A stretch of DNA of 64,000 nucleotides from Minisyncoccota bacterium (lineage in GTDB: Bacteria > Patescibacteriota > Minisyncoccia > UBA6257 > 2-01-FULL-56-20): NCBI GenBank assembly GCA_035541435.1, contig DATKNL010000002.1, positions 67,962 through 131,961 on the forward strand, given 5' to 3'. Positions 17,230 through 26,066 of the stretch are shown here, piece by piece (position 1 is the stretch's first letter; each line of letters opens with the position of its first letter). The position numbers were made by a program, and so were the translations under genes. Under the pieces are notes generated by a model. It had not been told where the DNA came from, made no database searches, and saw only the letters and a program-made list of their open reading frames with translations.

Positions 17230-19356
17230 ATGGAAACCCGCTACGACCACGAGAAAACCGAGCCGCGCATTTATGCCCAATGGGAGCAATCCGGCTATTT
17301 CAACCCCGACACGCTGCCCGGCGACCGCCCCGAGCCCTTCACGATCGTCATGCCCCCGCCGAACTCGAACGGGTCGCTGCACGTCGGCCACGCGCTCTTC
17401 GTCACACTGCAGGACATCATGATCCGCTTCGCGCGCATGCGCGGGAAGAAGGCGCTGTGGATCCCGGGCGCCGACCACGCGGGGTTCGAGACGCAGATCG
17501 TCTATGAGCGGGAGCTCGAGAAGCAGGGCCGCTCGCGGTTCGCAATGAAGCCCGAGGAACTTTACAAGGAGATCCTCGCCTTCACGCTCTCGAACAAGAC
17601 CTATATGGAGAACCAGATCCGCTCGCTCGGCGCGTCGTGCGACTGGTCGCGCGAGAAGTTCACGCTCGATCCCGACGTCGTACGCAAGACCCAGCAGACG
17701 TTCCGGCGGCTCTACGACGACGGGCTTCTTTATCGCGGCAAGCGCATCGTGAACTGGTGCGTCAAGCACCAGACGTCGCTTTCGGACGTCGAGACCGAGT
17801 TCAAGGACCGCAAGGATCCCTTCTATTATTTCACCTACGGCCCGTTCACGATCGGCACGGCGCGGCCCGAGACCAAGTTCGGCGACAAGTACGTGGTCGT
17901 GCATCCGGCCGACGAGCGCTATGCGCAGTTCAAGGACGGCCAGAAGATCGAGCTCGAATGGATCAACGGCCCGATCACGGCGACCGTGGTCAAGGACGAG
18001 GCGATCGACATGTCGTTCGGCACGGGCGCGATGACGATCACGCCGTGGCACGATCCGGTGGACTTCGAGATCGCCGAACGCCACAAGCTCGACAAGGAGC
18101 CGATCATCGACCTGCACGGCAAGCTGCTGCCCATCGCCGGCGAGTTCGCCGGCATGAAGATCGACGAGGCGCGCGCGAAGATCGTCGAGAAGCTCCGCGC
18201 GAAGGGCCTGCTCGTGAAGACCGACGAGGACTACGAGCACGCGGTGCGCGTCTGCTACAAGTGCGAGCGCGTGATCGAGCCGCAGGTGCTCGACCAGTGG
18301 TTCGTGAAGATGAAGCCGCTCGCCGACCTCGCCCTCAAGGCGGTCGCCGAGAAGAAAATCGCGTTCATCCCCGACCGGTTCGAGAAGGTCTTCACCTATT
18401 GGATGGAGCACACGCTCGACTGGAACATCTCGCGGCAGATCGTCTGGGGCATCCCGATCCCCGCGAAAATCTGCGAGCGGTGCGGCGACGGCGTCCCCGA
18501 CCTCGAAGACGCGGTCACGGCATGCCCGAAATGCGGCGGCCCCGTCCGCAAGGACACCGACACGTTCGACACCTGGTTCTCGTCCGGCCAATGGCCGCTC
18601 ATGGTGCTCGGCTATCCCGACGGGCGCGATTTCAAGACGTTCTATCCGACCGACGTCATGGAGACTGCCTACGACCTGGTGTTCAAGTGGATCCCGCGCA
18701 TGGTCTTCTTCGGCCTCTATCTCGCGGGCGACGTCCCCTTCAGGACGGTCTATTTCCACGGCCTTGTGAACGACGCCCACGGCAAGAAGATGTCGAAGAG
18801 CAAAGGGAACGTGATGAACCCGCTCGACATGACGGCCAAGTACGGCACCGACGCGCTGCGCATCTCGCTCGTCGTCGGCAATCCGGCCGGCAGCGAGATG
18901 AGCCTTTCGGAGGACCGCATCCGCGGCTACCGCAACTTCTCGACGAAGATCTGGAACATCGCGCGGTTCATCGAGATGAACCGGCCGGCGGGCAGCACGG
19001 CGACGAAGGAATCATTTAAAAAAGATGAAACGATGCTTGCAAAAAATCCTCATATGCAGAGGATGGCGGAGCTCCGCAAGGACGTGACCGCCCACATCGA
19101 GGCCTTCGAGTTCCACCTCGCGGCCGAGAAGCTCTATCACTACGTCTGGCACGAGCTCGCCGACAAGGTGATCGAGGCCGAGAAGGGCCGCCTGCGCGAC
19201 GGCTCCCCCGCCGAGCGCGAGGAATCGTACGAACTCCTCGAAGCGCTCCTGCTCGGCTCGCTCAAGATGCTCCATCCCTTCATGCCGTTCGTCACCGAGG
19301 AGATCTGGCAGATCTTCAGGCCCGGCACGATGCTCATCGTGGAACCCTGGGAATAA
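17230..19356 (+). CDS. valS: Valine--tRNA ligase (no C-terminal coiled coil)
   Basis: PPPN..GSLHVGHAL (HIGH), DWNISRQIVWG, DTWFSS, KMSKSKGN. Confidence 0.97.
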   Translation: METRYDHEKTEPRIYAQWEQSGYFNPDTLPGDRPEPFTIVMPPPNSNGSLHVGHALFVTLQDIMIRFARMRGKKALWIPGADHAGFETQIVYERELEKQGRSRFAMKPEELYKEILAFTLSNKTYMENQIRSLGASCDWSREKFTLDPDVVRKTQQTFRRLYDDGLLYRGKRIVNWCVKHQTSLSDVETEFKDRKDPFYYFTYGPFTIGTARPETKFGDKYVVVHPADERYAQFKDGQKIELEWINGPITATVVKDEAIDMSFGTGAMTITPWHDPVDFEIAERHKLDKEPIIDLHGKLLPIAGEFAGMKIDEARAKIVEKLRAKGLLVKTDEDYEHAVRVCYKCERVIEPQVLDQWFVKMKPLADLALKAVAEKKIAFIPDRFEKVFTYWMEHTLDWNISRQIVWGIPIPAKICERCGDGVPDLEDAVTACPKCGGPVRKDTDTFDTWFSSGQWPLMVLGYPDGRDFKTFYPTDVMETAYDLVFKWIPRMVFFGLYLAGDVPFRTVYFHGLVNDAHGKKMSKSKGNVMNPLDMTAKYGTDALRISLVVGNPAGSEMSLSEDRIRGYRNFSTKIWNIARFIEMNRPAGSTATKESFKKDETMLAKNPHMQRMAELRKDVTAHIEAFEFHLAAEKLYHYVWHELADKVIEAEKGRLRDGSPAEREESYELLEALLLGSLKMLHPFMPFVTEEIWQIFRPGTMLIVEPWE

Positions 19357-19387
19357 CCGACGCAAAGCCGCGTGATACAATGAAGGC

Positions 19388-20065
19388 ATGCTGATTGCGG
19401 CCTTCGTGATCGGGCTCCTGCCGGGCTTCGCCTGGCTGGCTTTCTATCTGGGCGAGGATCCCCACCCCGAACCGAAGCGCCTCATCGCACTCACGTTCAT
19501 CGTCGGCATCGCCTTCGGCTTCTTCACGATCGGCCTCGAGGAGCTCCTCACGCACGGGTTCGGCAGCGTGAACATCGAGGAGCTCTCGATCCTTTCGCTC
19601 TTCTCGCTCGCCCTCGTCGAGGAGTTCATGAAGTTCGCCGCGGCGCACTTCGTCGTCGCGCACAACCCGGAGTTCGACGAGCCGGTCGACGCGATGATCT
19701 ATATGGTGGTCGCCGCGCTCGGCTTCGCGACGCTCGAGAACATCGGCGCGATCGCGAATATCGCGGCGTCCCCGTCGATCGTGGCCTCGATCTTCCAGAC
19801 GATCTCGTTCCGCTTCGTCGGGGCGACGCTGCTGCACTCCCTCACCTCGGCGATCGTCGGCTATTACTGGGCGCTCGGCATCGCGCGGCGCCGGGTCGGC
19901 CGGACGCTCGTCCCGGGGTTCCTCGTGGCCGCGGTCATCCACGCTTTTTTCAACTATCTCATCCTGAGCTATGGCGAGATCGTGTATGCTGTGGTATTCT
20001 TGATGATAATAGGATTTTTTGTGTTGTATGATTTTGAGAAGCTTAAGGCGCAACCGGCAGCCTGA
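19388..20065 (+). CDS. PrsW-family intramembrane glutamic protease
   Basis: EEFMK, ALGFATLEN, H...H motifs, multiple TM helices. Confidence 0.85.
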   Translation: MLIAAFVIGLLPGFAWLAFYLGEDPHPEPKRLIALTFIVGIAFGFFTIGLEELLTHGFGSVNIEELSILSLFSLALVEEFMKFAAAHFVVAHNPEFDEPVDAMIYMVVAALGFATLENIGAIANIAASPSIVASIFQTISFRFVGATLLHSLTSAIVGYYWALGIARRRVGRTLVPGFLVAAVIHAFFNYLILSYGEIVYAVVFLMIIGFFVLYDFEKLKAQPAA

Positions 20066-20075
20066 GGAACAACCC

Positions 20076-20567
20076 ATGAACCAGAACGACGACTATTATT
20101 TCGAACAGCTCGCAAGCGGCAAGGAGCAGCCCGAAGTCGAGGCCGAGCTCGCGCGCGCGAACGCCGGCGCGGTCTCGCCGTCGCGCCCCCGCCTGCGCAC
20201 CAAGCGCGCCGGCAGCGAATGGGCCGACGCGGAACCCGAAGGCCAGCTCACCGTCGACGTCTATCAGACGCCCGACGAGATCGTCGTCGAATCGGCGATC
20301 GCGGGCGTCCATCCCGACGACCTCGACATCACGGCGACCATCGACTCGGTCTCGATCCGCGGGACGCGCTCGCACGAGAAGCCGGTCCAGGACGAGGACT
20401 ACCTCTATCAGGAATGCTATTGGGGACGGTTCGCCCGCACGATCATCCTCCCGCAGGAAGTCGAGCCAGAAGGCGCCGAGGTGACGTTCAAGAACGGCAT
20501 CCTGTCCGTCCACCTGCCGAAAGCCAGCAAGAAGAAGACGCGCAAGCTGCAGGTCCGCATCGACTAG
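20076..20567 (+). CDS. Hsp20/alpha-crystallin small heat-shock protein
   Basis: VDVYQT, ECYWGRFARTIILP, FKNGILSVHLPK; start MNQND at 20076. Confidence 0.9.
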   Translation: MNQNDDYYFEQLASGKEQPEVEAELARANAGAVSPSRPRLRTKRAGSEWADAEPEGQLTVDVYQTPDEIVVESAIAGVHPDDLDITATIDSVSIRGTRSHEKPVQDEDYLYQECYWGRFARTIILPQEVEPEGAEVTFKNGILSVHLPKASKKKTRKLQVRID

Positions 20568-20612
20568 CGGCGCCTTGCGCGAATCGCGGATTTCGGCTAT
20601 ACTCCCAAGACC

Positions 20613-20840
20613 ATGAGGAAATGCGCACGATGCGGAAAAGGTTCCCAGATGCAGGGCGAACGTCGCCTGCTTCGCGGCCACTATAACCCGGTGAACTGGT
20701 CCCGCAAATATCCGAACCTCCAGTACGCGCGGATCGACGGCAAGCGGGTGCTCGTCTGCACGCAGTGTTTACGCACGATCAATAAGCCGGCCCGCAAGGT
20801 GGTGCGGAAGGCGGCCGTGACGGCAGCCGTGGCGGCATAG
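20613..20840 (+). CDS. rpmB: 50S ribosomal protein L28
   Basis: CARCGK, RKYPNLQ, VCTQCLRT. Confidence 0.85.
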   Translation: MRKCARCGKGSQMQGERRLLRGHYNPVNWSRKYPNLQYARIDGKRVLVCTQCLRTINKPARKVVRKAAVTAAVAA

Positions 20841-20853
20841 CCTGCGACCCGCC

Positions 20854-21618
20854 ATGGAATCGATCCCGGAACACCTCAAGTTTTCCCGGAGCGCGGAAAC
20901 CCTCGAACACGAGGGTATTTCTATAGAAGCCTATCTCGACAACCTCGAGCAGGACCTCAAAGAGGAGCTTGAGCGCATCATGCGGGACGAGAAGATGCTC
21001 GGCGAAGGCGAGGCCGGCAAGGTCTTCGAGGTCCATGCCAGCCGCTCGAAATGCCAGGCGTGCGTGAAGGTCTGGCATCCGCACCTCGAAAAGCTCAAAA
21101 GCGAGAACTATTTGGAATACCGGCAGATCCAGGCCCTGGACCCCGAAGACGAGTTCAACCTGCAGGACGACCTTTATATCAGCGGCTTCAGGAACATCCC
21201 GCGGCCGTTCGCATTCGCGAAGATCGGCAACCTCGCCATCATGGGGATGGAAAAGGTACAGGGATACACGCTGCAGGATATCAAAAGCGCGGGCGCCCAC
21301 ATTGCGAATCCGGCCTGGAAGGACCTCGACAGGCTGCTCTTCGAACTCAACATCAGCCACAAGGTCCTTCATCGCGACATCCATAAAAGCAACATCATGC
21401 TCCGCACGTCGGATAAGCTTGCGCCGGGCGGCGAGCTTTCGGGCGAACTCGTCTTCATCGATCTCGGCCGCGGGCGCAAGATCCACGGCCGCCCGACGCC
21501 GGACGACTATCGGTTGACAATCGGCAATAATGTGATATCCTATACCCAGGACAAATCGGCGGTTGAGCAGCTGCGGCCGAATCCGCGAACGCCTGATACG
21601 AATATCTTTACACGATAG
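20854..21618 (+). CDS. Short atypical Ser/Thr protein kinase-like protein
   Basis: LGEGEAGKV Gly loop, CVKV lysine, MEKVQG hinge, HRDIHKSNIM catalytic loop, IDLG. Confidence 0.8.
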   Translation: MESIPEHLKFSRSAETLEHEGISIEAYLDNLEQDLKEELERIMRDEKMLGEGEAGKVFEVHASRSKCQACVKVWHPHLEKLKSENYLEYRQIQALDPEDEFNLQDDLYISGFRNIPRPFAFAKIGNLAIMGMEKVQGYTLQDIKSAGAHIANPAWKDLDRLLFELNISHKVLHRDIHKSNIMLRTSDKLAPGGELSGELVFIDLGRGRKIHGRPTPDDYRLTIGNNVISYTQDKSAVEQLRPNPRTPDTNIFTR

Positions 21619-21626
21619 GAATCGTT

Positions 21627-21926
21627 ATGACCCTCATAGCTCGCATCAGCAAAAACGTTGTTCAGGAATTGAAAACCCAGGCAGAACAATCAGCGCCGGA
21701 CGTTTCAAACCCCACGGGCGACCTCTTCATCATGAAGTCGGCGCCGCTTGCGGGGATCCGGCTCAAGGTTCCTCTCGAAGCGTATCTTGCGAACATCCCC
21801 CGCCGGCCGGACATCGTTCCGACCGACGACGAGCTGTTTGCGATCGTCGTGAACAGCGAGGTCTCGCTGCGCGACGGTAAGACGTTCATCGACGGACAGG
21901 AGGTCGACCTTCTTCCGAAACTCTGA
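21627..21926 (+). CDS. Hypothetical protein
   Basis: 99 aa ORF 8 bp after the kinase, followed by a terminator. Confidence 0.65.
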   Translation: MTLIARISKNVVQELKTQAEQSAPDVSNPTGDLFIMKSAPLAGIRLKVPLEAYLANIPRRPDIVPTDDELFAIVVNSEVSLRDGKTFIDGQEVDLLPKL

Positions 21927-21928
21927 TC

Positions 21929-21953
21929 AAGGATGCCCTCGGGCATCCTTTTT
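21929..21953 (+). terminator. Intrinsic terminator
   Basis: AAGGATGCC-ctcg-GGCATCCTT followed by Ts. Confidence 0.8.
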
Positions 21954-21985
21954 CTTTTGAGGGAAATGCGCTAGCATAGAGCGGA

Positions 21986-22056
21986 CGGGCCGTAGTATAC
22001 CGGTAGTACGAGCGCATGGGGTGCGTTTAGACCGGGTTCGATTCCCGGCGGCCCGA
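21986..22056 (+). tRNA. tRNA-Pro (GGG)
   Basis: CGGGCCGTAGTATACCGGTAGTACGAGCGCATGGGGTGCGTTTAGACCGGGTTCGATTCCCGGCGGCCCGA; no encoded CCA. Confidence 0.93.
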
Positions 22057-22081
22057 CTCAAATAAAACAGCTCTTGAACGA

Positions 22082-22121
22082 GAATCGAACGAGCGGAGGG
22101 GTCGGGGAACCGCGGCCGGTT
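22082..22121 (+). repeat. Truncated tRNA-downstream repeat element
   Basis: GAATCGAACGAGCGGAGGGGTCGGGGAACCGCGGCCGGTT, identical except for one G indel to 58875-58915 after tRNA-Gly. Confidence 0.85.
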
Positions 22122-22158
22122 GCTGCTTCTGCGTCGCTTTTCGCGTATAATGAATCGC

Positions 22159-23049
22159 ATGGATCCCATGACCGCAACCTATGTCGACCGGGCTCAGAAT
22201 GAGCTCACCGAGCACCTTGTCTATGGCAAGCTCGCCGCGCGCGAGAAGAACCCGCACAACCGCGCGCTCCTCGAACGGCTTTCGGCCTCCGAAAAGACGC
22301 ACTATGAGTTTTGGAAGACGCTCGCTCCCGAAGCCGAGCACGTGAAGCCGCGCAAAACGGGCCTCATCGGCATCCCCCTTTTGCGCTCGGCGCTCGGCAT
22401 CACCTTCGTCACGAAATTCCTCGAGGGCCACGAACGGGATGCGATCTCGACCTATCGCGAGATGCTGAAGACGATCGCCCCCGAGCACCGTCAGCGGCTC
22501 GAGGCGATCATCAAGGACGAGGAATCGCACGAGCAGGGGCTGCTCACCCAGCTCCAGGAGCGCCGCATCGCCTATATCGGCTTCATTGCGCTCGGCCTGT
22601 CGGACGCGATCGTCGAGATCACCGGCGTCCATGCCGGCTTCCTCGGCGTCACCGGCTCCACGCTCATCGCGGGCGTTTCGGGCATCATCGTCGGCTTCGC
22701 CGCCGCGATATCGATGGGATCGGCCGCCTATATCCAGGCCAAGCAGGATCCCGACAAATCCCCGGTCCCGTCCGCCCTATCCACCGGCCTCACCTATCTC
22801 GGATCGGTCATCATGCTCGCCCTCCCCTATTTCCTCATCCGCACCATGGTCGTGGCCTTCGTCATCTCGACGGGCATCGGCGTCCTGCTGCTCGCCGGGT
22901 TCATCTTCTTCAGCGCCGTGGTCTTCGACAAGCAGTTCTTCCGCGAGTTCGGCGAGTCGGTGGGTCTCATGCTCGGAACCGCCCTTGCGACCTACGTCCT
23001 CGGCACCGTCGTCGGATCGGTCTTCCACCTCAATCAGGCAAGCTTCTAA
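22159..23049 (+). CDS. Ferritin/rubrerythrin-like domain fused to VIT1/CCC1 transporter
   Basis: ExxH motifs (SEKTH, EESH), LGLSDAIVEITG, AAAISMG; TATAAT 7 nt before ATG 22159. Confidence 0.85.
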   Translation: MDPMTATYVDRAQNELTEHLVYGKLAAREKNPHNRALLERLSASEKTHYEFWKTLAPEAEHVKPRKTGLIGIPLLRSALGITFVTKFLEGHERDAISTYREMLKTIAPEHRQRLEAIIKDEESHEQGLLTQLQERRIAYIGFIALGLSDAIVEITGVHAGFLGVTGSTLIAGVSGIIVGFAAAISMGSAAYIQAKQDPDKSPVPSALSTGLTYLGSVIMLALPYFLIRTMVVAFVISTGIGVLLLAGFIFFSAVVFDKQFFREFGESVGLMLGTALATYVLGTVVGSVFHLNQASF

Positions 23050-23069
23050 GCCCTCCGCCGCGGACCGTC

Positions 23070-23405
23070 ATGCCCATCATCGATCTCAGGCAGAAGCACT
23101 GCGTCCCCTGCGAAGGCGGCATGCCGCCGCTTAACAAAGAGCAGATCGCCCATTACGCGCCCCAGGCGCCCGGCTGGACCGTTTCGGCCGACGACAAGAG
23201 GATATCGCGGGAGCTCAAGTTCAAGGACTTCGCCGAAGCGATGAAGTTCGTGAACAGCGTTGCGGGCATCGCGGAGGCGGAGGGCCATCATCCCGACCTC
23301 TATGTCTTCTATAACCTCGTGAAGCTCGACCTCACGACCCACGCGATGAACGGCCTCTCGGAAAACGACTTCATCATGGCGGCCAAGATCAACGCCCTTG
23401 TATGA
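23070..23405 (+). CDS. phhB: Pterin-4-alpha-carbinolamine dehydratase
   Basis: CVPCEGG, FKDF..A..FVN, AEAEGHHPD, THAMNGLSENDFIMAAKI; ATG at 23070. Confidence 0.9.
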   Translation: MPIIDLRQKHCVPCEGGMPPLNKEQIAHYAPQAPGWTVSADDKRISRELKFKDFAEAMKFVNSVAGIAEAEGHHPDLYVFYNLVKLDLTTHAMNGLSENDFIMAAKINALV

Positions 23406-23435
23406 ATTCCGTCGCGGGCGGTGTATAATGATAGT

Positions 23436-23555
23436 GATCCCGCTGCAGATCTCGGATCAAACAATTTTGACAGGGAGGGCGATTATTTCTCAGATCCGTG
23501 GATCTGAGGTGAGCCCACCCACCTGGCGCAACGCCAGAGATCTCAAGCGGGAGCC
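23436..23555 (+). ncRNA. Candidate 6S-like structured RNA
   Basis: TATAAT at 23424-23429; closing stems TCCCGCT/AGCGGGA and AGATCTC/GAGATCT; central bubble; apical stems GGG-GGGC/GCCC-CCC and CTCAGATC/GATCTGAG; terminator immediately after. Confidence 0.6.
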
Positions 23556-23559
23556 AAAG

Positions 23560-23583
23560 AATCCGACGCATGTCGGATTTTTT
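23560..23583 (+). terminator. Intrinsic terminator of the ncRNA
   Basis: AATCCGAC-gcat-GTCGGATT followed by a T run. Confidence 0.8.
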
Positions 23584-23611
23584 GTCGGCCCGTTCTGCTA
23601 CAATTAACCAT

Positions 23612-24931
23612 ATGACTCGTCGGACGAGGAGAATTGTCTTTTACATACTCGTGGCCCTGTTCGTCGTCGTCGGTACCGGAGCCGTCCTCTATGCGGAGGG
23701 TCTGCGGCTCGACTTCGCCTCGTTGAAACTGAAGAAGGTCGGCGGCATCTATGTGCGCGCCTTCCCGCAGGGCGCCTCGATCGCGCTCGACGGGACGCCG
23801 ATCCGCAACCAGTCGAACTTCCTCACGCACGGCACCCTCATCTCGAACCTATTTCCCAAGAGCTACACCCTGTCGCTCACGCTGCCCGGCTATGACGCAT
23901 GGCAGGAGCGCGCCGACGTCGAGCCGTCGCTCGTCGTCGAGATGAAATACGCCGTCCTCGTCCCGAACACCGGCACGGCCGTCGCGACCTCGGGCGACGT
24001 CACGGACTTCTTCGCCGTCGGGAACGAGCGCGTCGAGACCCGCGAAAGCGGCGCGATCGTGTGGCGCGGCGCGGCCGTGGCCACGGGAACCGTCATGAGC
24101 CGCAGCAGCGACTTCAAGACCATGGTCTATCGCACCGCCGCCGGGCGCTACATGCTCTTCGACTTCACGACCGGCACGTCCGCCGACCTCACCGCGCTTT
24201 TCGAGAAGAAGCACGTCGCGGCCGGCGCCATCCGCTCGATCATCGTCAACCCGAAGAACGACACCGGCGGCCTGGCGCTTACCGGAAGCCGCGTATGGTC
24301 CGTCGACTTCGCCGGCCTCTCGGTCACGCCGATCGCCACCTCGTCGCCGCAGGATTCCATCGCCCCGACCCTCGCGGCCTCGCAGTCCGAGAGCGCCTGG
24401 AGCGAGATCGAGACCGCCTCGGACACGTCCCGCATCTCGGTCTATGACAACTTCTCGGGTCTCGTGATCGGGCGCGTCGAAGTCCCCGGCGCGACCCAGA
24501 CGCTCGGCTGGCTGAGCGACTCGTCGCTCGGCATCCTTCAGACGAACGGGTCGCTGTACATCTATGACCTCCCGACCCAGGCGCTCCGCTCGATCGCGAG
24601 CGACGTGAAGTCGTTCTATCCGTCGCCCGACGGGACGCTCGTCGCCGCGCTCGAACGCTCGAGCCTCGAGATCTTCGACTTCGCGGACGACGACTATTAC
24701 CGCTTCAACCTTCCGGACATGGCAACCATCCAGGGCCTCGCCTGGTACAAGGACGAGAACCACCTTTTCATCACCTATCCCGACCGGATCGCCTTCTTCG
24801 ACCTCGCCGACACCTCGCTCATGAACGTGACGCCGGTCGCCCACGGGACCGACCCCCTCTATGACCCGCAGGAAAACGCCCTGTACGTCGTGCAGGGCGG
24901 CAACGTGAAGCGGTTCACGTTCCCAAGCTGA
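23612..24931 (+). CDS. PEGA-domain membrane-anchored protein with C-terminal beta-propeller-like region
   Basis: TM then GGIYVRAFPQGASIALDG...LFPKSYTLSLTLPGYDAW (PEGA); ATG 23612 lies 7 nt after TACAAT. Confidence 0.8.
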   Translation: MTRRTRRIVFYILVALFVVVGTGAVLYAEGLRLDFASLKLKKVGGIYVRAFPQGASIALDGTPIRNQSNFLTHGTLISNLFPKSYTLSLTLPGYDAWQERADVEPSLVVEMKYAVLVPNTGTAVATSGDVTDFFAVGNERVETRESGAIVWRGAAVATGTVMSRSSDFKTMVYRTAAGRYMLFDFTTGTSADLTALFEKKHVAAGAIRSIIVNPKNDTGGLALTGSRVWSVDFAGLSVTPIATSSPQDSIAPTLAASQSESAWSEIETASDTSRISVYDNFSGLVIGRVEVPGATQTLGWLSDSSLGILQTNGSLYIYDLPTQALRSIASDVKSFYPSPDGTLVAALERSSLEIFDFADDDYYRFNLPDMATIQGLAWYKDENHLFITYPDRIAFFDLADTSLMNVTPVAHGTDPLYDPQENALYVVQGGNVKRFTFPS

Positions 24932-24969
24932 CCTTGTCGCGGCGCCGGGACGGCCCGCGTCTTTGATCT

Positions 24970-25554
24970 TTAGGCCGGACCGTTCTGATTGAAATGCTTG
25001 CGCGCGCGGAGCAGAAGCTCGCGCTGCACGTATTTTGCCTTCGTCCGTCCGACGCCCGGCAGCATGAGCCGGTTCTCAGGCAGCGACTTGTCCCCCGTCA
25101 TGAAGATCACGATGCGGCTCACGCCGATCAGCCGGTCGAGCGGCCCTCGGACGATGTTCACGTTCTGAATCTGGTGATAGAGCGCCGCCGTCTCGGTGCG
25201 CATGACGTAGCCCGAGGTCATCATGAACGCCTCGTCGGTGAAGACATAGACGCGGTAGCGGTATTCGAGATAGGTCTCGAGGAAGACCACGACGAAATAG
25301 GCGACCGCGAGCAGGGTGACGATCTTCGCGGCATAGACGCCCCACGGCCCGTATTCCGGCGGCAGAAGCGGGACGGCATACCAGATCCCGATCGAGACGA
25401 GCGCAAGGAAGATGAAAATGCGGATGCGCTTCATGAAGAAGAGCATGAACGCGCGCCGGCCGAGCCGGTGCTTCTTGTCGTTCTCGAATCCCGCGAACTC
25501 GGGCTTCGCGCCGGGTCTCGCCGCGGTTTCCGGGGTTTTCACGGCTTCGGTCAT
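24970..25554 (-). CDS. Bacterial PH-domain (bPH_2) membrane protein
   Basis: 2 TM helices, then Y.FTD...SG....YHQIQNVNIVRGPLDRLIG. Confidence 0.8.
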   Translation of the reverse strand: MTEAVKTPETAARPGAKPEFAGFENDKKHRLGRRAFMLFFMKRIRIFIFLALVSIGIWYAVPLLPPEYGPWGVYAAKIVTLLAVAYFVVVFLETYLEYRYRVYVFTDEAFMMTSGYVMRTETAALYHQIQNVNIVRGPLDRLIGVSRIVIFMTGDKSLPENRLMLPGVGRTKAKYVQRELLLRARKHFNQNGPA

Positions 25555-25568
25555 GCTATCATTATAGT

Positions 25569-26039
25569 ATGTTCGGCAAAGAACCGCATGCGAAATTGCC
25601 GCACGGGGTGCGCTTCGTCGCGTTCCTGCTGCGCCTCGTGCTCGGTGCGAGCTTCCTCTATCTCGGCTATGCGAGCCTCTTCAACCCGCAGCTCGGCCTG
25701 GTCCTCGAAGGCCGCTCGCTCTCGGGCGTCTATGCCTGGGTGAACGGTATGCCGGCGACGACCTGGCTCCATCCGGTCGCGCAGTGGGGCTTCCTCGCGA
25801 TCGGCGCGCTGCTCGTCCTCGGCGTAGCCACGCGCTTCGCCTCGTTCGCCGCGATCGTCCTCATCCTTGCGGGCTACATCCCGAGCGTCGGCTACACCGT
25901 CTCGAGCGTCCTCCAGTTCGTGAACGACGAGCTTGTCGTGATCATCGCCCTCCTCATGCTCATCGCGACCAAGGCCGGCGACTATCTGGGCCTCGACGCG
26001 TTCTTCCATTTCGGCTTCCACCGAAAGAAAGAAAAATGA
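25569..26039 (+). CDS. DoxX-family membrane protein
   Basis: LLRLVLG..FLY.G, LVLGVATRFA, AGDYLGLD. Confidence 0.8.
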   Translation: MFGKEPHAKLPHGVRFVAFLLRLVLGASFLYLGYASLFNPQLGLVLEGRSLSGVYAWVNGMPATTWLHPVAQWGFLAIGALLVLGVATRFASFAAIVLILAGYIPSVGYTVSSVLQFVNDELVVIIALLMLIATKAGDYLGLDAFFHFGFHRKKEK

Positions 26040-26066
26040 AAAAATCCTAAAAGGAACCTTGACAGC

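Noticed and set aside
20854-21618. Bud32/KEOPS partner of TsaD
   Set aside because: About 8 kb from tsaD, which is the bacterial type; no Cgi121/Pcc1 seen and only generic kinase motifs.
23436-23555. SRP RNA, tmRNA or tRNA identity for the ncRNA
   Set aside because: No SRP domain IV motif, no T-arm or CCA end, and too short for tmRNA or RNase P.
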